From NCBI GenBank assembly GCA_964512995.1, contig CAZELM010000002.1, positions 112,314 to 176,313 of the forward strand: a stretch of 64,000 bases of DNA. The letters are read 5' to 3'. This document shows positions 37,710 through 47,863 of the stretch, in pieces (the stretch's first letter is position 1; every line of letters begins with the position of its first letter). The notes below the pieces were generated by a model that made no database searches, was not told the DNA's origin, and saw only the letters and a list, made by a program, of their open reading frames with translations. Made by a program: the position numbers and the translations under genes. This stretch comes from an uncultured bacterium (GTDB lineage: Bacteria > CSSED10-310).

Positions 37710-39668
37710 TCAGCCAATTCGTGGCATCTCTTGAGAAAACCACTTCAACTGCACATCCGAAAAGAGCCGATCTCGTTCTTCGCAATAATAGAGAAACTCT
37801 GACTCCTCCTCCATCAGTCGATTGCCTTCCAGACATCGTTCTGCAAGTGTCAATAATTTGCGACAGTTTTTTGCATGCTCAGAAAACCGCAACTCCGCAT
37901 AATCCGCAGCACTGATCGTTGAAATGAGGAATTGCCAGTCTGAAGCACACGCCAGCATGAGTTCTCGAAGTGCTTGACATAACAGACGCTCAATGAGCGG
38001 ATCAGGCTGCGGGGATGCATGGAAGCGAGCGGCCACATTCTCAAAATAATATTCCTGTTGATAAATTTTCCGCCACGTCCATTCCGTATCTTTATTGAGC
38101 CAGATGTAGTGAAACCCGCCCTGTCCCCACGATCCTTCCGGCAAATTAACAGCATATCTCGGACCAATGGTCTCCAACGCATCAGCACATGTGATGGAAG
38201 TGATTCCAATCTCATCCAGTTTCAGAAACAATTTTTGAAGAAAGCCTGGACCTTCGAACCACCAATGACCGAATAATTCTGCATCGTATGGTGCTGACAA
38301 TATCCCTGGCTCTCCAGTTTCAGTCCGGTATTGATCCAGAAGCTCTGCGATCAGACTCGCAAAATGCGTGGAATGAGCCTCCAGTGCGTCCACTGCTTCA
38401 TCGGGCAGATAGGCTTCCTTATCTCCCATATCCACGCCAGCACCTGTAACCCGCCAATATCGATGACCACCGGGATAATTCTTCTTATGAAAATCCAGGT
38501 AACGGGGATCACCGGGATACCCGATGTTACCACTCCATACCTGCTCCCCGGTCCGGGAATCCCGAGTGAAAAAAGCGATGTCACCAACGGTATCCTCAGT
38601 ACGTCCGATCCAATGAATGCGATAGGGAGACCGATCGGATATTTCTTCCCTGGGCTGATAGCTGCTCTCAAACTGCTTCCATAATTGCCGAAGCGCTTTG
38701 AACCGCGAAATATAAACACCCAGGTTCTTCCCGCCACGAAGGAGATGAGTATCCACGATAAAATATTTCAGTCCACATCGGTCCAGGATCTCCTCAACAC
38801 CCGCTCGCAATACGGGTTCATTCTCCCGGAACTCCCCAACCGGATGGATCCATTTATACGATGGCCGATACGCACACTCCGGCAACCATATCCCCGCTGG
38901 ATATCGACCAAACAACCGATGGTGCGTTTCTACCGCAGTCCGCACCTGCCCATAGACGTTCCAGTCTCTTCCAAGCAATGGGAAGTATCCATGTGTCGCA
39001 CCGCACGTAAAAATTTCTATCGCTCCCAATGTATCCAATTCACGGAAGGCATCGATGACATTACCTCCCAGATCATTTTCAAACTGATCACGAATGGTCT
39101 GATAGTGAGACAGCCACCGCAAGGCCTGCTTCCATGATTCCACACCGGTTTTTTTGAAAAGCTCGGCATCGACCTGAGCTGCTTCGATCTTTTGTTTCAG
39201 ATAGTTCCGGAATCCCTCCGTAAACTCCGGATCAGCCAACTGCTCACCTAACACTGGACTGATGTCAATCGAGAATGATGGCCGGATCCCCCTTGCCATG
39301 AGTTTCCGGGTCATCATGATCAGCGGGACATACGTTTCCGCAGCCGCTTCAAAAATCCAGTCCATTCCATGAGGCCATTTTCCATGAGATAGCACATATG
39401 GGAGATGCGCATGGAGAATTAAATTGAAATATCCCTTTGATTTCTTCACTGCCTCCACTCCTGACCCCTCCCGGTTACGGCTGTTTACCAGTTTCAGCAC
39501 ACCATGCGTGATATTATTCCAGAGATAGCGCGTGTTCGAGCTTGCTATCTGATTTGGGTCTCGATACATAAAATCCATTCCATCCCTCAAAAGAATGGAG
39601 ATGGAATGATCTACACTTCCGGTGAGCATTGCATCAACCGCTGGTTTCGGCGGCAGACAATACCCCAT
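37710..39668 (-). CDS. Glycoside hydrolase family 57 protein (1,4-alpha-glucan branching enzyme-like, with a DUF1957 C-terminal domain)
   Basis: GH57 N-terminal signature FNLILHAHLPYV, ~650 aa. Confidence 0.75.
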   Translation of the reverse strand: MGYCLPPKPAVDAMLTGSVDHSISILLRDGMDFMYRDPNQIASSNTRYLWNNITHGVLKLVNSRNREGSGVEAVKKSKGYFNLILHAHLPYVLSHGKWPHGMDWIFEAAAETYVPLIMMTRKLMARGIRPSFSIDISPVLGEQLADPEFTEGFRNYLKQKIEAAQVDAELFKKTGVESWKQALRWLSHYQTIRDQFENDLGGNVIDAFRELDTLGAIEIFTCGATHGYFPLLGRDWNVYGQVRTAVETHHRLFGRYPAGIWLPECAYRPSYKWIHPVGEFRENEPVLRAGVEEILDRCGLKYFIVDTHLLRGGKNLGVYISRFKALRQLWKQFESSYQPREEISDRSPYRIHWIGRTEDTVGDIAFFTRDSRTGEQVWSGNIGYPGDPRYLDFHKKNYPGGHRYWRVTGAGVDMGDKEAYLPDEAVDALEAHSTHFASLIAELLDQYRTETGEPGILSAPYDAELFGHWWFEGPGFLQKLFLKLDEIGITSITCADALETIGPRYAVNLPEGSWGQGGFHYIWLNKDTEWTWRKIYQQEYYFENVAARFHASPQPDPLIERLLCQALRELMLACASDWQFLISTISAADYAELRFSEHAKNCRKLLTLAERCLEGNRLMEEESEFLYYCEERDRLFSDVQLKWFSQEMPRIG

Positions 39669-39753
39669 TCTGTTACTATGACCGCCATTTGATAATCCAT
39701 TATCTCGAAGAGAAATGGATCAATCCATTTTTTAACGCATAAAATTCAAGATA

Positions 39754-40182
39754 CTATTGACCTGGTTCCGATGCTTTGATCCCCGGAATCCCTTTCATCC
39801 CTTCGACTTTTTCGGTGAGTTTGCAGAATGCTTTCAGCTTATCTGTTTTAAAGACCAGGGATAATCCAAAATCTCTTTGAATCATCTGGGATACCGGCAT
39901 TTCTTCCTTTTTTGTCTCACCTTCGAGTCGATAAACTTTCTGATTGGTGAGATCGACCCAGAAATCACCAAATTCTCCCGAGCTGATTTTCAGATGATTG
40001 CCCTCTTTGTCTCTATAAATTTTGCCTTTTGCATCATCCTTCCATCCACCATCTTCAATTCGATTTATTTTTAATTTGTTGGTAATATCTTTCCATTCTG
40101 GTTTGGTGGTCTCCTGAGCTGAAACAAAACTACTTGCCCACATTAATGAAATCAGCACTGAAGCGATCAAATAATTTTTCAT
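39754..40182 (-). CDS. Small secreted hypothetical protein
   Basis: Signal peptide MKNYLIASVLISLMWASSFVSAQ. No recognisable domain. Confidence 0.4.
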   Translation of the reverse strand: MKNYLIASVLISLMWASSFVSAQETTKPEWKDITNKLKINRIEDGGWKDDAKGKIYRDKEGNHLKISSGEFGDFWVDLTNQKVYRLEGETKKEEMPVSQMIQRDFGLSLVFKTDKLKAFCKLTEKVEGMKGIPGIKASEPGQ

Positions 40183-40309
40183 AATACCTCCTTAATACAA
40201 ATTTTCTCGTATGCACCCTAGCACATAAAGCCATCTTTGTCCAGAGAGCTCAAAATCATTCCCCCATGCTGAGGGACTTGACACTAATCCCAGTTCCGAA
40301 TAATTCTCA

Positions 40310-41914
40310 TTGATGATGATTGCAGACCAACTTTTTGATTTAGCACCTGATAAATTTTACCGCTATTATTATGCTTGTAAACTTGCCGATGCCATCTGCC
40401 ATAACACAGACTCTAACCGCTTCATTGATCTGGGAGCCACGGAGGGCATTCTGCACCTGGCGTTCCCAGATCATTCCGTATTCCAGATGGATCTCCATAT
40501 CCTGCCATCATCAGGTGTTTCCGTACGAGGCGATGCACGTGCCATCCCATTTCCCGATCACATATTCGATATCGTTTTTGCATTGGATATCCTTGAGCAC
40601 ATCTCACCAACCACCCGCGTCAATGCCATACTCGAAGCAATTCGCATTACCCGCAAAGCAGCGATTTTTTCGTTTCCAGCCGATAACCCATTGAACTCCC
40701 GCACCGAAACACTGCTGAATCACATCGAAATCGCCCTGACCAACCGTGAAAATCCATTCCTTCAAGAACACTTCCTCAATGGACCAGTCGACCACACAGA
40801 AGCGGTCCGGATACTATCCGATCATTTTCCCTATGTTCGCACTTTCTGCAATTTTTCACACACCGGCTGGTTGCTCAGTCAGCTCATGGAAGCGGTATTA
40901 TCGATGCTTCCGCTTGCATTACCGCTCCAGAAAATATTCCGACGTCTCTACAATACCGATTCCGTCCATTGGCTCCCCCAAACGCCTGTTTACCGGCTGA
41001 TCCTTGTCGGAAGCCACAGCGAAATTCCATCTATTACTCCCGATACACCCGCTCCCGATTACCAGATCCTTTTCCCTGAAATCCTGAAGGCTGTTTCTGA
41101 GACCTATGCAACATTGCAGAATCTGGATCTCTATGCACGTAAAATGGAACAGGAAGTCGCTCAAAAGGAATCCTATATTCAAAAACTCCTCACCGAACTC
41201 AACGCGAATCAATCGAACCCCTTCCCAACAGATTCTGTTCCCTCCACTCAACAGAATCTCCATTTGATTACCGAAAAATTCACCCTTCTTGAAACCGCTT
41301 ACAAGAAGCTTGAGACTGCTCTGGAAGATCGCGATTCAGCGTTCATCCGGCTCGAATCCGCTTACCGGGATCTGCTGTCCAGTCATGACTCGGACAAACG
41401 GATTTACCAGGAGCTGAGCCTCGCTTACCAGCGGTTGGAATCAGAATACCGCGATTTGAAAGCCGGCCACCTGGAATTGGAGTCCAATTACCTGATCATC
41501 AGCAAATCATACCGGGAACTGGAAACAGAACATATCAGACTGGAATCCGGTTATCATGACCAGTACGACGCCTATCAGAAACTGGAGCAAGCGTATCTGG
41601 CTGCTCTCGACGATCTGAAACGAAACAAATCCGCTCTGGAAACACTTGAAACAGAATATAAAAAACTCGAATCCGCCTATCAGACACTGATCTGCCGGGA
41701 TCAACAGCGTGCCGGCGAAATCACGGATCTGACCCTGACACTCCAGACAATGAAAAACACTCTCCGTCAGTCGACAAATCTCGGAGACCGGCTTCAATCC
41801 GAAATGCGGATCATCGCCCAGCAGAAATCCAGGTACGAACATCGGATCCAGGACCTGGAGATCCAGATCATCGAGCTGCTGAACGGGAAATGGAATGAAA
41901 ACAGCCTAGAATAG
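40310..41914 (+). CDS. Class I SAM-dependent methyltransferase with a ~280-aa C-terminal coiled coil built of tandem ~14-residue repeats
   Basis: Methyltransf_11-like motif DIVFALDILEHISP. Repeats include LESAYRDLLS, LESEYRDLKAGHLELESNYLII, LETEHIRLESGYHDQYDAYQKLEQAYL and LETLETEYKKLESAYQTL. Confidence 0.65.
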   Translation: MMMIADQLFDLAPDKFYRYYYACKLADAICHNTDSNRFIDLGATEGILHLAFPDHSVFQMDLHILPSSGVSVRGDARAIPFPDHIFDIVFALDILEHISPTTRVNAILEAIRITRKAAIFSFPADNPLNSRTETLLNHIEIALTNRENPFLQEHFLNGPVDHTEAVRILSDHFPYVRTFCNFSHTGWLLSQLMEAVLSMLPLALPLQKIFRRLYNTDSVHWLPQTPVYRLILVGSHSEIPSITPDTPAPDYQILFPEILKAVSETYATLQNLDLYARKMEQEVAQKESYIQKLLTELNANQSNPFPTDSVPSTQQNLHLITEKFTLLETAYKKLETALEDRDSAFIRLESAYRDLLSSHDSDKRIYQELSLAYQRLESEYRDLKAGHLELESNYLIISKSYRELETEHIRLESGYHDQYDAYQKLEQAYLAALDDLKRNKSALETLETEYKKLESAYQTLICRDQQRAGEITDLTLTLQTMKNTLRQSTNLGDRLQSEMRIIAQQKSRYEHRIQDLEIQIIELLNGKWNENSLE

Positions 41915-41923
41915 GAACGCGTT

Positions 41924-44293
41924 ATGGCTCGACTGCTCGTATTTGGATTGTGCCCATTGCCTTTCGAAAACATGCAGAAAAATTTCGGACCCGGTATTCG
42001 GGCGTGGCAGTTCATACAACCCATATTGACCCCCTCCAATGAAATTCTCCTCATCGCCAACCGCATCCCGTTCATTTATCCGGATAACACACCACCGGAA
42101 GTGAAAACAACACGCCCTTCACTCACCACCATTCACGTCTCTGATCGTGTCTTTCATGATACCCAGCGGATCCAGGAACTCCATGATCGCTTTCATCCGG
42201 ATGCGATCTTGTGCGCCACAATTTTCGCATCGGTACCCGTTTGGCAGCTCCAGACATCCGCACCGGTATGGATCGATCTTTTCGGACATGTGATGGCAGA
42301 AGCCCAGGCCAAGGTATTCCGATATCAGGACGATCAGTATCTGGAGCATTTCCGGCATCATGAACTGGAAGCGTTGAACATCGGAGATGTCTTTTCAACG
42401 GTCTCCCAGGCACAAGGATACGCCACGATCGGCGAACTGGGATTGATCAATCGGTTGAATGCGTCGACAACCGGGTATGACTTCTGCCGGACCATTCCCT
42501 GTGCCATGGAGCCTGTTCCATACCAACACGACAAACATGTCTTCAGGGGAACAACCGTACCGGATGACGCGTTTGTTGTTTTGTGGAGTGGCGGATACAA
42601 CACCTGGACGGATGTCGATACGCTGATGGATGGACTCGAAATCGCCATGAGCCACAATCCCGATATCTGGTTCGTATCTACCGGAGGCCAGATCGACGGT
42701 CATGATGAGCGGACCTACCCGGAGTTTATCGAGCGTGTGAACCGATCGCCTCACTCCCACCGGTTTGTCATTCGGGGATGGGTACCCAAAGAAGATGTGC
42801 ATAACTATTATCTGGAATCAAACATCGGTATCAACATCGACCGTTTCATGTACGAAGGCATGTTCGGCTCCAAAAACAGAGTTTTAGATTGGATGCGAGC
42901 AGCGCTCCCTTGTCTGATCGGCGAGTTGTGTGAACTCTCGATTCAGATGCCAGCCCTGAAAATCGGCTACAGTTATCCACTCAACAATCCTGAGAAATTA
43001 GCGGAAAAACTGCTGCAACTGGCAGCTCATCCAGACGACGTTGCCGCAACCGGCCGCCGGGCACAGGCGTATGGATTCGAGCATCTGAGTTTTTCCGCCA
43101 CAACCCAGCCGTTTCAGGAATGGCTGACCCATCCGACGGCTGCACCGGATCACGCTCCCCGATCATCCCGAAACTCATTTTTCATACTCAAATCTGAAGC
43201 CCTCGACTACACTCAACGCCTGGAAAAGGAGTTCCATAATCATAAGACTCATATCCAGGAACTCGAGCAGTATGTTCACCATCTGGAACGTGAAATCCAG
43301 TCATTACAGAATCGGAACACTTCGTCTTCGCCCAATCACTCAATCCCGCCCACATATCCGCCATTCCCTCTATCCTCTCCAATACCACTCCTCCTGGAAA
43401 AACATCCGGTATCGGTCAGTGTCATTATCGTAACCTGGAACGGAATCCGGTATCTGAAGGAGTGTCTGGATTCTGTTGTCAACTGTGGCTACCCGGCGAT
43501 TCAATGTATTGTGGTGGACAATGGCTCCAGCGACGGCTCTGCGACGTTCATCCGCAGTTCCTATCCCCAGTTCAAACTCATCGTGAACAGCCGGAACCAG
43601 GGATTTCCCAGAGGTGTCAATCAGGGAATTCACGCAGCCACCGGCGATGTCATGGTGCTGCTGAATCAAGATGCGATCCTCCAGACCGGCGCGATTCAAT
43701 CCCTGATCATCGAACTGGAGAGAGAGCCGATGATCGCGATTGCCGGATGTAAAATCCTGAATCCGGATGCCCGGACGCTTCAGCATGCCGGCGGCATCCT
43801 TCATGATAATGGTCTGACGGATCATTATGGTGCCGGAGAGACCGATCAAGGTCAGTTCGATGAAGATCGGGATTGTGATTATGTGACGGGAGCAGCCTTC
43901 GCTTTCAAGTCAGCATTGATTCGTGAGATTGGATATTTTGATGAGCGATTTACGCCTGCCTATTTTGAGGAACTGGACTTTTGTGTTCGTGCCAGACGAA
44001 AAAATTATCGCATCCGATATGTTCATACCGCCAGAGTGCTCCATCACGAATCGACATCCACCGGGAAATTCAGCACCCGTTTCTATTATTTATATCACCG
44101 GAACCGGTTACTGTTCATGCTGAAGCATTTTCATACCCGGTATATTCTGACGGTATTCCGGCAGAAAGAACAACGCTGGATTCAGAACCATCTGCCTCCG
44201 GAACAGCTTCGCCCATTGGTCCAGGCGTATCTCCGACTGCTGCCCCGATTCGGATGGATTGTCATTCGGGATTCCATCCGGAGGTTTCTGTGA
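41924..44293 (+). CDS. Two-domain glycosyltransferase: N-terminal GT4-like (GT-B) domain, coiled-coil linker, C-terminal GT2 domain
   Basis: GT4-like EGMFGSKNRVLDWMRAALPCLIGE, which is an E(x7)E-type motif. GT2 motifs VSVIIVTWNG...VDNGSSDGS...LNQDA. Confidence 0.75.
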   Translation: MARLLVFGLCPLPFENMQKNFGPGIRAWQFIQPILTPSNEILLIANRIPFIYPDNTPPEVKTTRPSLTTIHVSDRVFHDTQRIQELHDRFHPDAILCATIFASVPVWQLQTSAPVWIDLFGHVMAEAQAKVFRYQDDQYLEHFRHHELEALNIGDVFSTVSQAQGYATIGELGLINRLNASTTGYDFCRTIPCAMEPVPYQHDKHVFRGTTVPDDAFVVLWSGGYNTWTDVDTLMDGLEIAMSHNPDIWFVSTGGQIDGHDERTYPEFIERVNRSPHSHRFVIRGWVPKEDVHNYYLESNIGINIDRFMYEGMFGSKNRVLDWMRAALPCLIGELCELSIQMPALKIGYSYPLNNPEKLAEKLLQLAAHPDDVAATGRRAQAYGFEHLSFSATTQPFQEWLTHPTAAPDHAPRSSRNSFFILKSEALDYTQRLEKEFHNHKTHIQELEQYVHHLEREIQSLQNRNTSSSPNHSIPPTYPPFPLSSPIPLLLEKHPVSVSVIIVTWNGIRYLKECLDSVVNCGYPAIQCIVVDNGSSDGSATFIRSSYPQFKLIVNSRNQGFPRGVNQGIHAATGDVMVLLNQDAILQTGAIQSLIIELEREPMIAIAGCKILNPDARTLQHAGGILHDNGLTDHYGAGETDQGQFDEDRDCDYVTGAAFAFKSALIREIGYFDERFTPAYFEELDFCVRARRKNYRIRYVHTARVLHHESTSTGKFSTRFYYLYHRNRLLFMLKHFHTRYILTVFRQKEQRWIQNHLPPEQLRPLVQAYLRLLPRFGWIVIRDSIRRFL

Positions 44294-45702
44294 AAAAAGT
44301 ACTATTACTTGGCCTATGCCCGCTTCCGACAGAAAATGATACCTGCACGCTGGCTCCCGGAAAACGCACATGGCAGTTCGCCCGGTCACTGCTTGAAGAT
44401 GGGCATCGGGTTTGCATGGTCTGCAGCCGCCATCTTGCCTCCTATAAAAATGCTCAACTGAAAGATATCCAGGCGGAGGATCACGGCAACCTGATTTACT
44501 ACTCGACAACGCAGTCGGTTTTTGAGTCCGGAACATGGCTTCAGACCATCCACGACCGATTTGAACCGGACTGTATTGTCGGTGCGACAGTCTACCCGTC
44601 GTATATCGCCACACGTCTGAATACCGATAAACCTGTCTGGGCTGATCTGTTTGGACATATCATGGCTGAGGCACAAACAAAATCGTTTGTATTCAAAGAT
44701 AATTATTATCTTTCCAAATTGTGGAAGATGGAACGGACGATCCTGGATCGAGCGGATATCTTTTCCGTTGTTTCGACTCCGCAATCCTATGCAACGATCG
44801 GGGAACTGGGAACACGAGGCCGACTCAACAGCAGCACCACCGGATATTTTTTCGTCAGAATCATTCCCTGTTCCATCAATGACTCCATTGTGAACGCTCC
44901 AGCCAATCCCCACCCGGTATCGGAACCCATCCTTCGGAATATCCAGGTTCGCGATGATGATTTTGTCATATTATGGAGTGGCGGTTATAACACCTGGACC
45001 GATGTCAATACCCTTTTCAATGCATTGGAACGGATCTTCTCCATCAATCAAAAAATCAAATTTGTGTCAACGGGCGGCCAGATTGAAAGCCACGATGAGC
45101 TGACCTACCAGCATTTTCTGAACATGATCAATCATTCGCCATACCGCGATCATTTCATCATGAACGGATGGGTTCCTTTCAATGAAGTGCCCCGGTACTG
45201 GCAGGAAGCGGATGTCGGAATCAATATCGATCTGTTTTCATATGAAGCCATTCTGGGGAGCCGCAATCGGATTCTGGACTGGATGCAAGCCGGTCTGCCG
45301 GTCGTGACAACGGAACTGTGCGAGCTGTCCCAGATCATCCGCGAAAATAAGCTCGGATTTACGTTCAAACCCGAGAACATCGAGTCGCTGACCGCGTGCA
45401 TTCTGCATCTGGTTCAGCAACCGGAATTACTGCGTGAAACCGCAGAACGAGCGAAACAATATGTGTTTGATTGCCTGACCATCTCGCGAACCACAGAACC
45501 ACTCCGGGAATGGGTGTCTTCGCCCTGGGCCGCCCCAGACCGGCATCGTCAATCCGCTCTCGAAACCGATGACCTCGATCAGGCCCGTTTCCTGACCAGA
45601 CATTACTGGGCGTCAATCCGGAACCAAATCCGGTATAATGGGTTGGCAGGCACATTGAAATGGATACTCTCGAGATCTCCTTTTTTCTCACGCTTTTTAT
45701 AA
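44290..45702 (+). CDS. GT4-like glycosyltransferase, paralogous to the N-terminal domain of the upstream gene. The GTG start overlaps the upstream stop (GTGA).
   Basis: VKKVLLLGLCPLPTEN...PGKRTWQF versus LLVFGLCPLPFEN...PGIRAWQF, and VILWSGGYNTWTDVNTLF versus VVLWSGGYNTWTDVDTLM. The ORF-track extension upstream of 44290 lies inside the previous gene. Confidence 0.65.
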   Translation: MKKVLLLGLCPLPTENDTCTLAPGKRTWQFARSLLEDGHRVCMVCSRHLASYKNAQLKDIQAEDHGNLIYYSTTQSVFESGTWLQTIHDRFEPDCIVGATVYPSYIATRLNTDKPVWADLFGHIMAEAQTKSFVFKDNYYLSKLWKMERTILDRADIFSVVSTPQSYATIGELGTRGRLNSSTTGYFFVRIIPCSINDSIVNAPANPHPVSEPILRNIQVRDDDFVILWSGGYNTWTDVNTLFNALERIFSINQKIKFVSTGGQIESHDELTYQHFLNMINHSPYRDHFIMNGWVPFNEVPRYWQEADVGINIDLFSYEAILGSRNRILDWMQAGLPVVTTELCELSQIIRENKLGFTFKPENIESLTACILHLVQQPELLRETAERAKQYVFDCLTISRTTEPLREWVSSPWAAPDRHRQSALETDDLDQARFLTRHYWASIRNQIRYNGLAGTLKWILSRSPFFSRFL

Positions 45703-45839
45703 CAGTGGCAGATTTGAACAGCGCCGGTTTCAGTTATACCGGGAGATTTACCCTTTCAAACCAGCCACAACAAGACAATTCAGACGTATTTGAAAAATAA
45801 CTCGCCCGTTTCACGATCAACGATGAATTCAACCACCAC

Positions 45840-47771
45840 TCATGGCGATATCTGACCTTTCAACTGCTGGAGTCTGGACTGGGCATGAGTCAGATACTTT
45901 TTCTCCGATGGAACGGAGCTGGCTGCCTGGATGTAATTTTCCCACGCACGCCCGGCATCCGGTTCTCCAGCCTGATCCAACGCATCCGCAAGTCCATAGA
46001 GCGCCTGAACGTGTACCGGATCGAGCTCCACTGCCTTCCTGTAGCTGGCGATAGCCTGATGCTGATCTCCGAGCAGTTGGTATACCTGGCCCAGATGCAG
46101 CCATCCCAGAAAATAATATGGTTGCGCCTCCACAGATTTCCTGAAGTACTGTTCCGCGTCTGTCAAGTTTCCGGATTCAACCGCAATCGTCCCCAGATTC
46201 GAATAGATCTCCTCCGAATCCGGAGCGAGGCGAAGCGCAGACTGCCACAACGCCACAGCACGGGTCTTGTTTCCCCGCTGATACGCCAGTTTACCCAGAT
46301 TGATCATGGCGGGAGCGGACTCCGGCATGATCTGCAACGCCGTCTGATATGCTGTTTCGGCTCCATCGAGATCACCCAATCGGGTCAGACTGGATCCCAG
46401 GTTGAAATACGATTGGGAGTGGGTGTAATGCGTCAATGGCAATGATTCAACGCCTACGGCCACCACTCCCAGAAAAATAAACAGCAGAAGAGAGACGAAT
46501 TTCCGCTGATTCAGCATCCGGGAACATTCACAAACCGCAGCGCCGGCAAACGGCCAGAGATATGCGACAACGGGCAAACGGTATCTGGAGTAGACATGAA
46601 ATGCCACTACAATCATGACATACGAGATCGTCCAGGCATACAGAAACCACAACTCCCGAAACCGCCTCAGACTGAACACCATTCCCAGGAGCCCCAGGGT
46701 TCCGACGATCATGAACGGGTATCGAGGGTATCGGATCCAGATGGAGTAACGCCGGTAAAAATCAAAATCATAGTTGTCCGGTATCTCAACGCGATTCCAG
46801 AACAATCCCAGTTTCCGTAACTGAAGACGGATTGCATCCCTTGGGTGTCCCTTGATCCATTCCCTGGCGCTGTTCCACCAGTATTGGCTGGCCTCGCTTG
46901 CGGTCAGCTTCCTGCCCAAGGCTCGTTCGGCTTCGCGATGAAAATCCGCTTCCTCATGTTCCGGCGTCATGCGAACGAGGGGCGGTCGTTTGGATGTACC
47001 ATCCGACCAGGGGCTGTTCCCCAGATAAAAGTTGGCACCTCCCTGAGCCGTGATCAGTACCCGTTCCCCGGCTACAAACCAGTTCCGCAATGCCATCGGA
47101 CCGATCACCAGCATCACTCCCAATCCGAACAGGACGCCTTTTTTCATCCAAACCAGGATGTTCCGGATCCCCGACTCCCAGATGATCCAGATTCCGATCA
47201 AGGGAAGTTGCAGCAGGACCGAACCCTGAATGCCTGCAGATAATCCCCCGGCCAATCCGATCAGGATCATCCGAAATCCATCGGTCTGTCGGTTTTCCCG
47301 AAAAATCAGATACAGGAGAACAACGGTGAAAAAGATGGTCCACGTCGTTTTCAGGATCAATCCGCTCTCAAAAATCAGAACCGGATACAGTGCCATCCCC
47401 AGACCGGCAATCCACCCAGCACCGGAACCGAACAACCGAGCCGCAATGCCAGTGACCAGACCAGCGGAAACGGAATCCGCGAGCATCTGCAGAATCCGCA
47501 CCACATCATACTGAACCCCTGTGATCCGATAGACACCCGCCAGGAAATAGGGATAAACGGGGGATTGAAAATAGACTTTGGCCGGGAGACCTGATCCAAA
47601 TGCAATGTCCTGAGCCATTTTGTCGTAGGAAAGGCTGTCGAGAACCAGCACATCGGCCACCGGATCGTTATGAAGGCTGATCAGGTGAAGGAAGCGAATC
47701 AGGAATGCACTGATGAAAACAATGACTGCCGCACGATGCTTCAGTCTGCTATGCCACCGATTGTCCATCAT
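45840..47771 (-). CDS. ArnT/PMT-like (GT39/83-type) membrane glycosyltransferase-like protein with C-terminal TPR repeats
   Basis: A multi-TM N-terminus with a conserved first loop (HNDPVADVLVLDSLSYDKMAQDI), and C-terminal TPRs (AYQTALQIMPESAPAMINLGKLAYQRGN...). Confidence 0.6.
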   Translation of the reverse strand: MMDNRWHSRLKHRAAVIVFISAFLIRFLHLISLHNDPVADVLVLDSLSYDKMAQDIAFGSGLPAKVYFQSPVYPYFLAGVYRITGVQYDVVRILQMLADSVSAGLVTGIAARLFGSGAGWIAGLGMALYPVLIFESGLILKTTWTIFFTVVLLYLIFRENRQTDGFRMILIGLAGGLSAGIQGSVLLQLPLIGIWIIWESGIRNILVWMKKGVLFGLGVMLVIGPMALRNWFVAGERVLITAQGGANFYLGNSPWSDGTSKRPPLVRMTPEHEEADFHREAERALGRKLTASEASQYWWNSAREWIKGHPRDAIRLQLRKLGLFWNRVEIPDNYDFDFYRRYSIWIRYPRYPFMIVGTLGLLGMVFSLRRFRELWFLYAWTISYVMIVVAFHVYSRYRLPVVAYLWPFAGAAVCECSRMLNQRKFVSLLLFIFLGVVAVGVESLPLTHYTHSQSYFNLGSSLTRLGDLDGAETAYQTALQIMPESAPAMINLGKLAYQRGNKTRAVALWQSALRLAPDSEEIYSNLGTIAVESGNLTDAEQYFRKSVEAQPYYFLGWLHLGQVYQLLGDQHQAIASYRKAVELDPVHVQALYGLADALDQAGEPDAGRAWENYIQAASSVPSEKKYLTHAQSRLQQLKGQISP

Positions 47772-47863
47772 AATACTCCTCGGTCCTTCGGTTATAATAC
47801 GGATTGGATCGGCTCTTGACGATCGATTCCATCCACCGTTAATCTTACATGGGAGGATAAATC

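Noticed and set aside
43981-44289. ORF-track extension of the GT4 paralog into the preceding gene
   Set aside because: It lies entirely inside the 41924-44293 coding sequence. Homology to the paralog begins at the GTG at 44290, which overlaps the upstream stop (GTGA).
45885-46445. 186-aa plus-strand ORF antisense to the TPR region of the GT39-like gene
   Set aside because: It is antisense within a gene with recognisable TPR repeats, and it has no start or RBS context.
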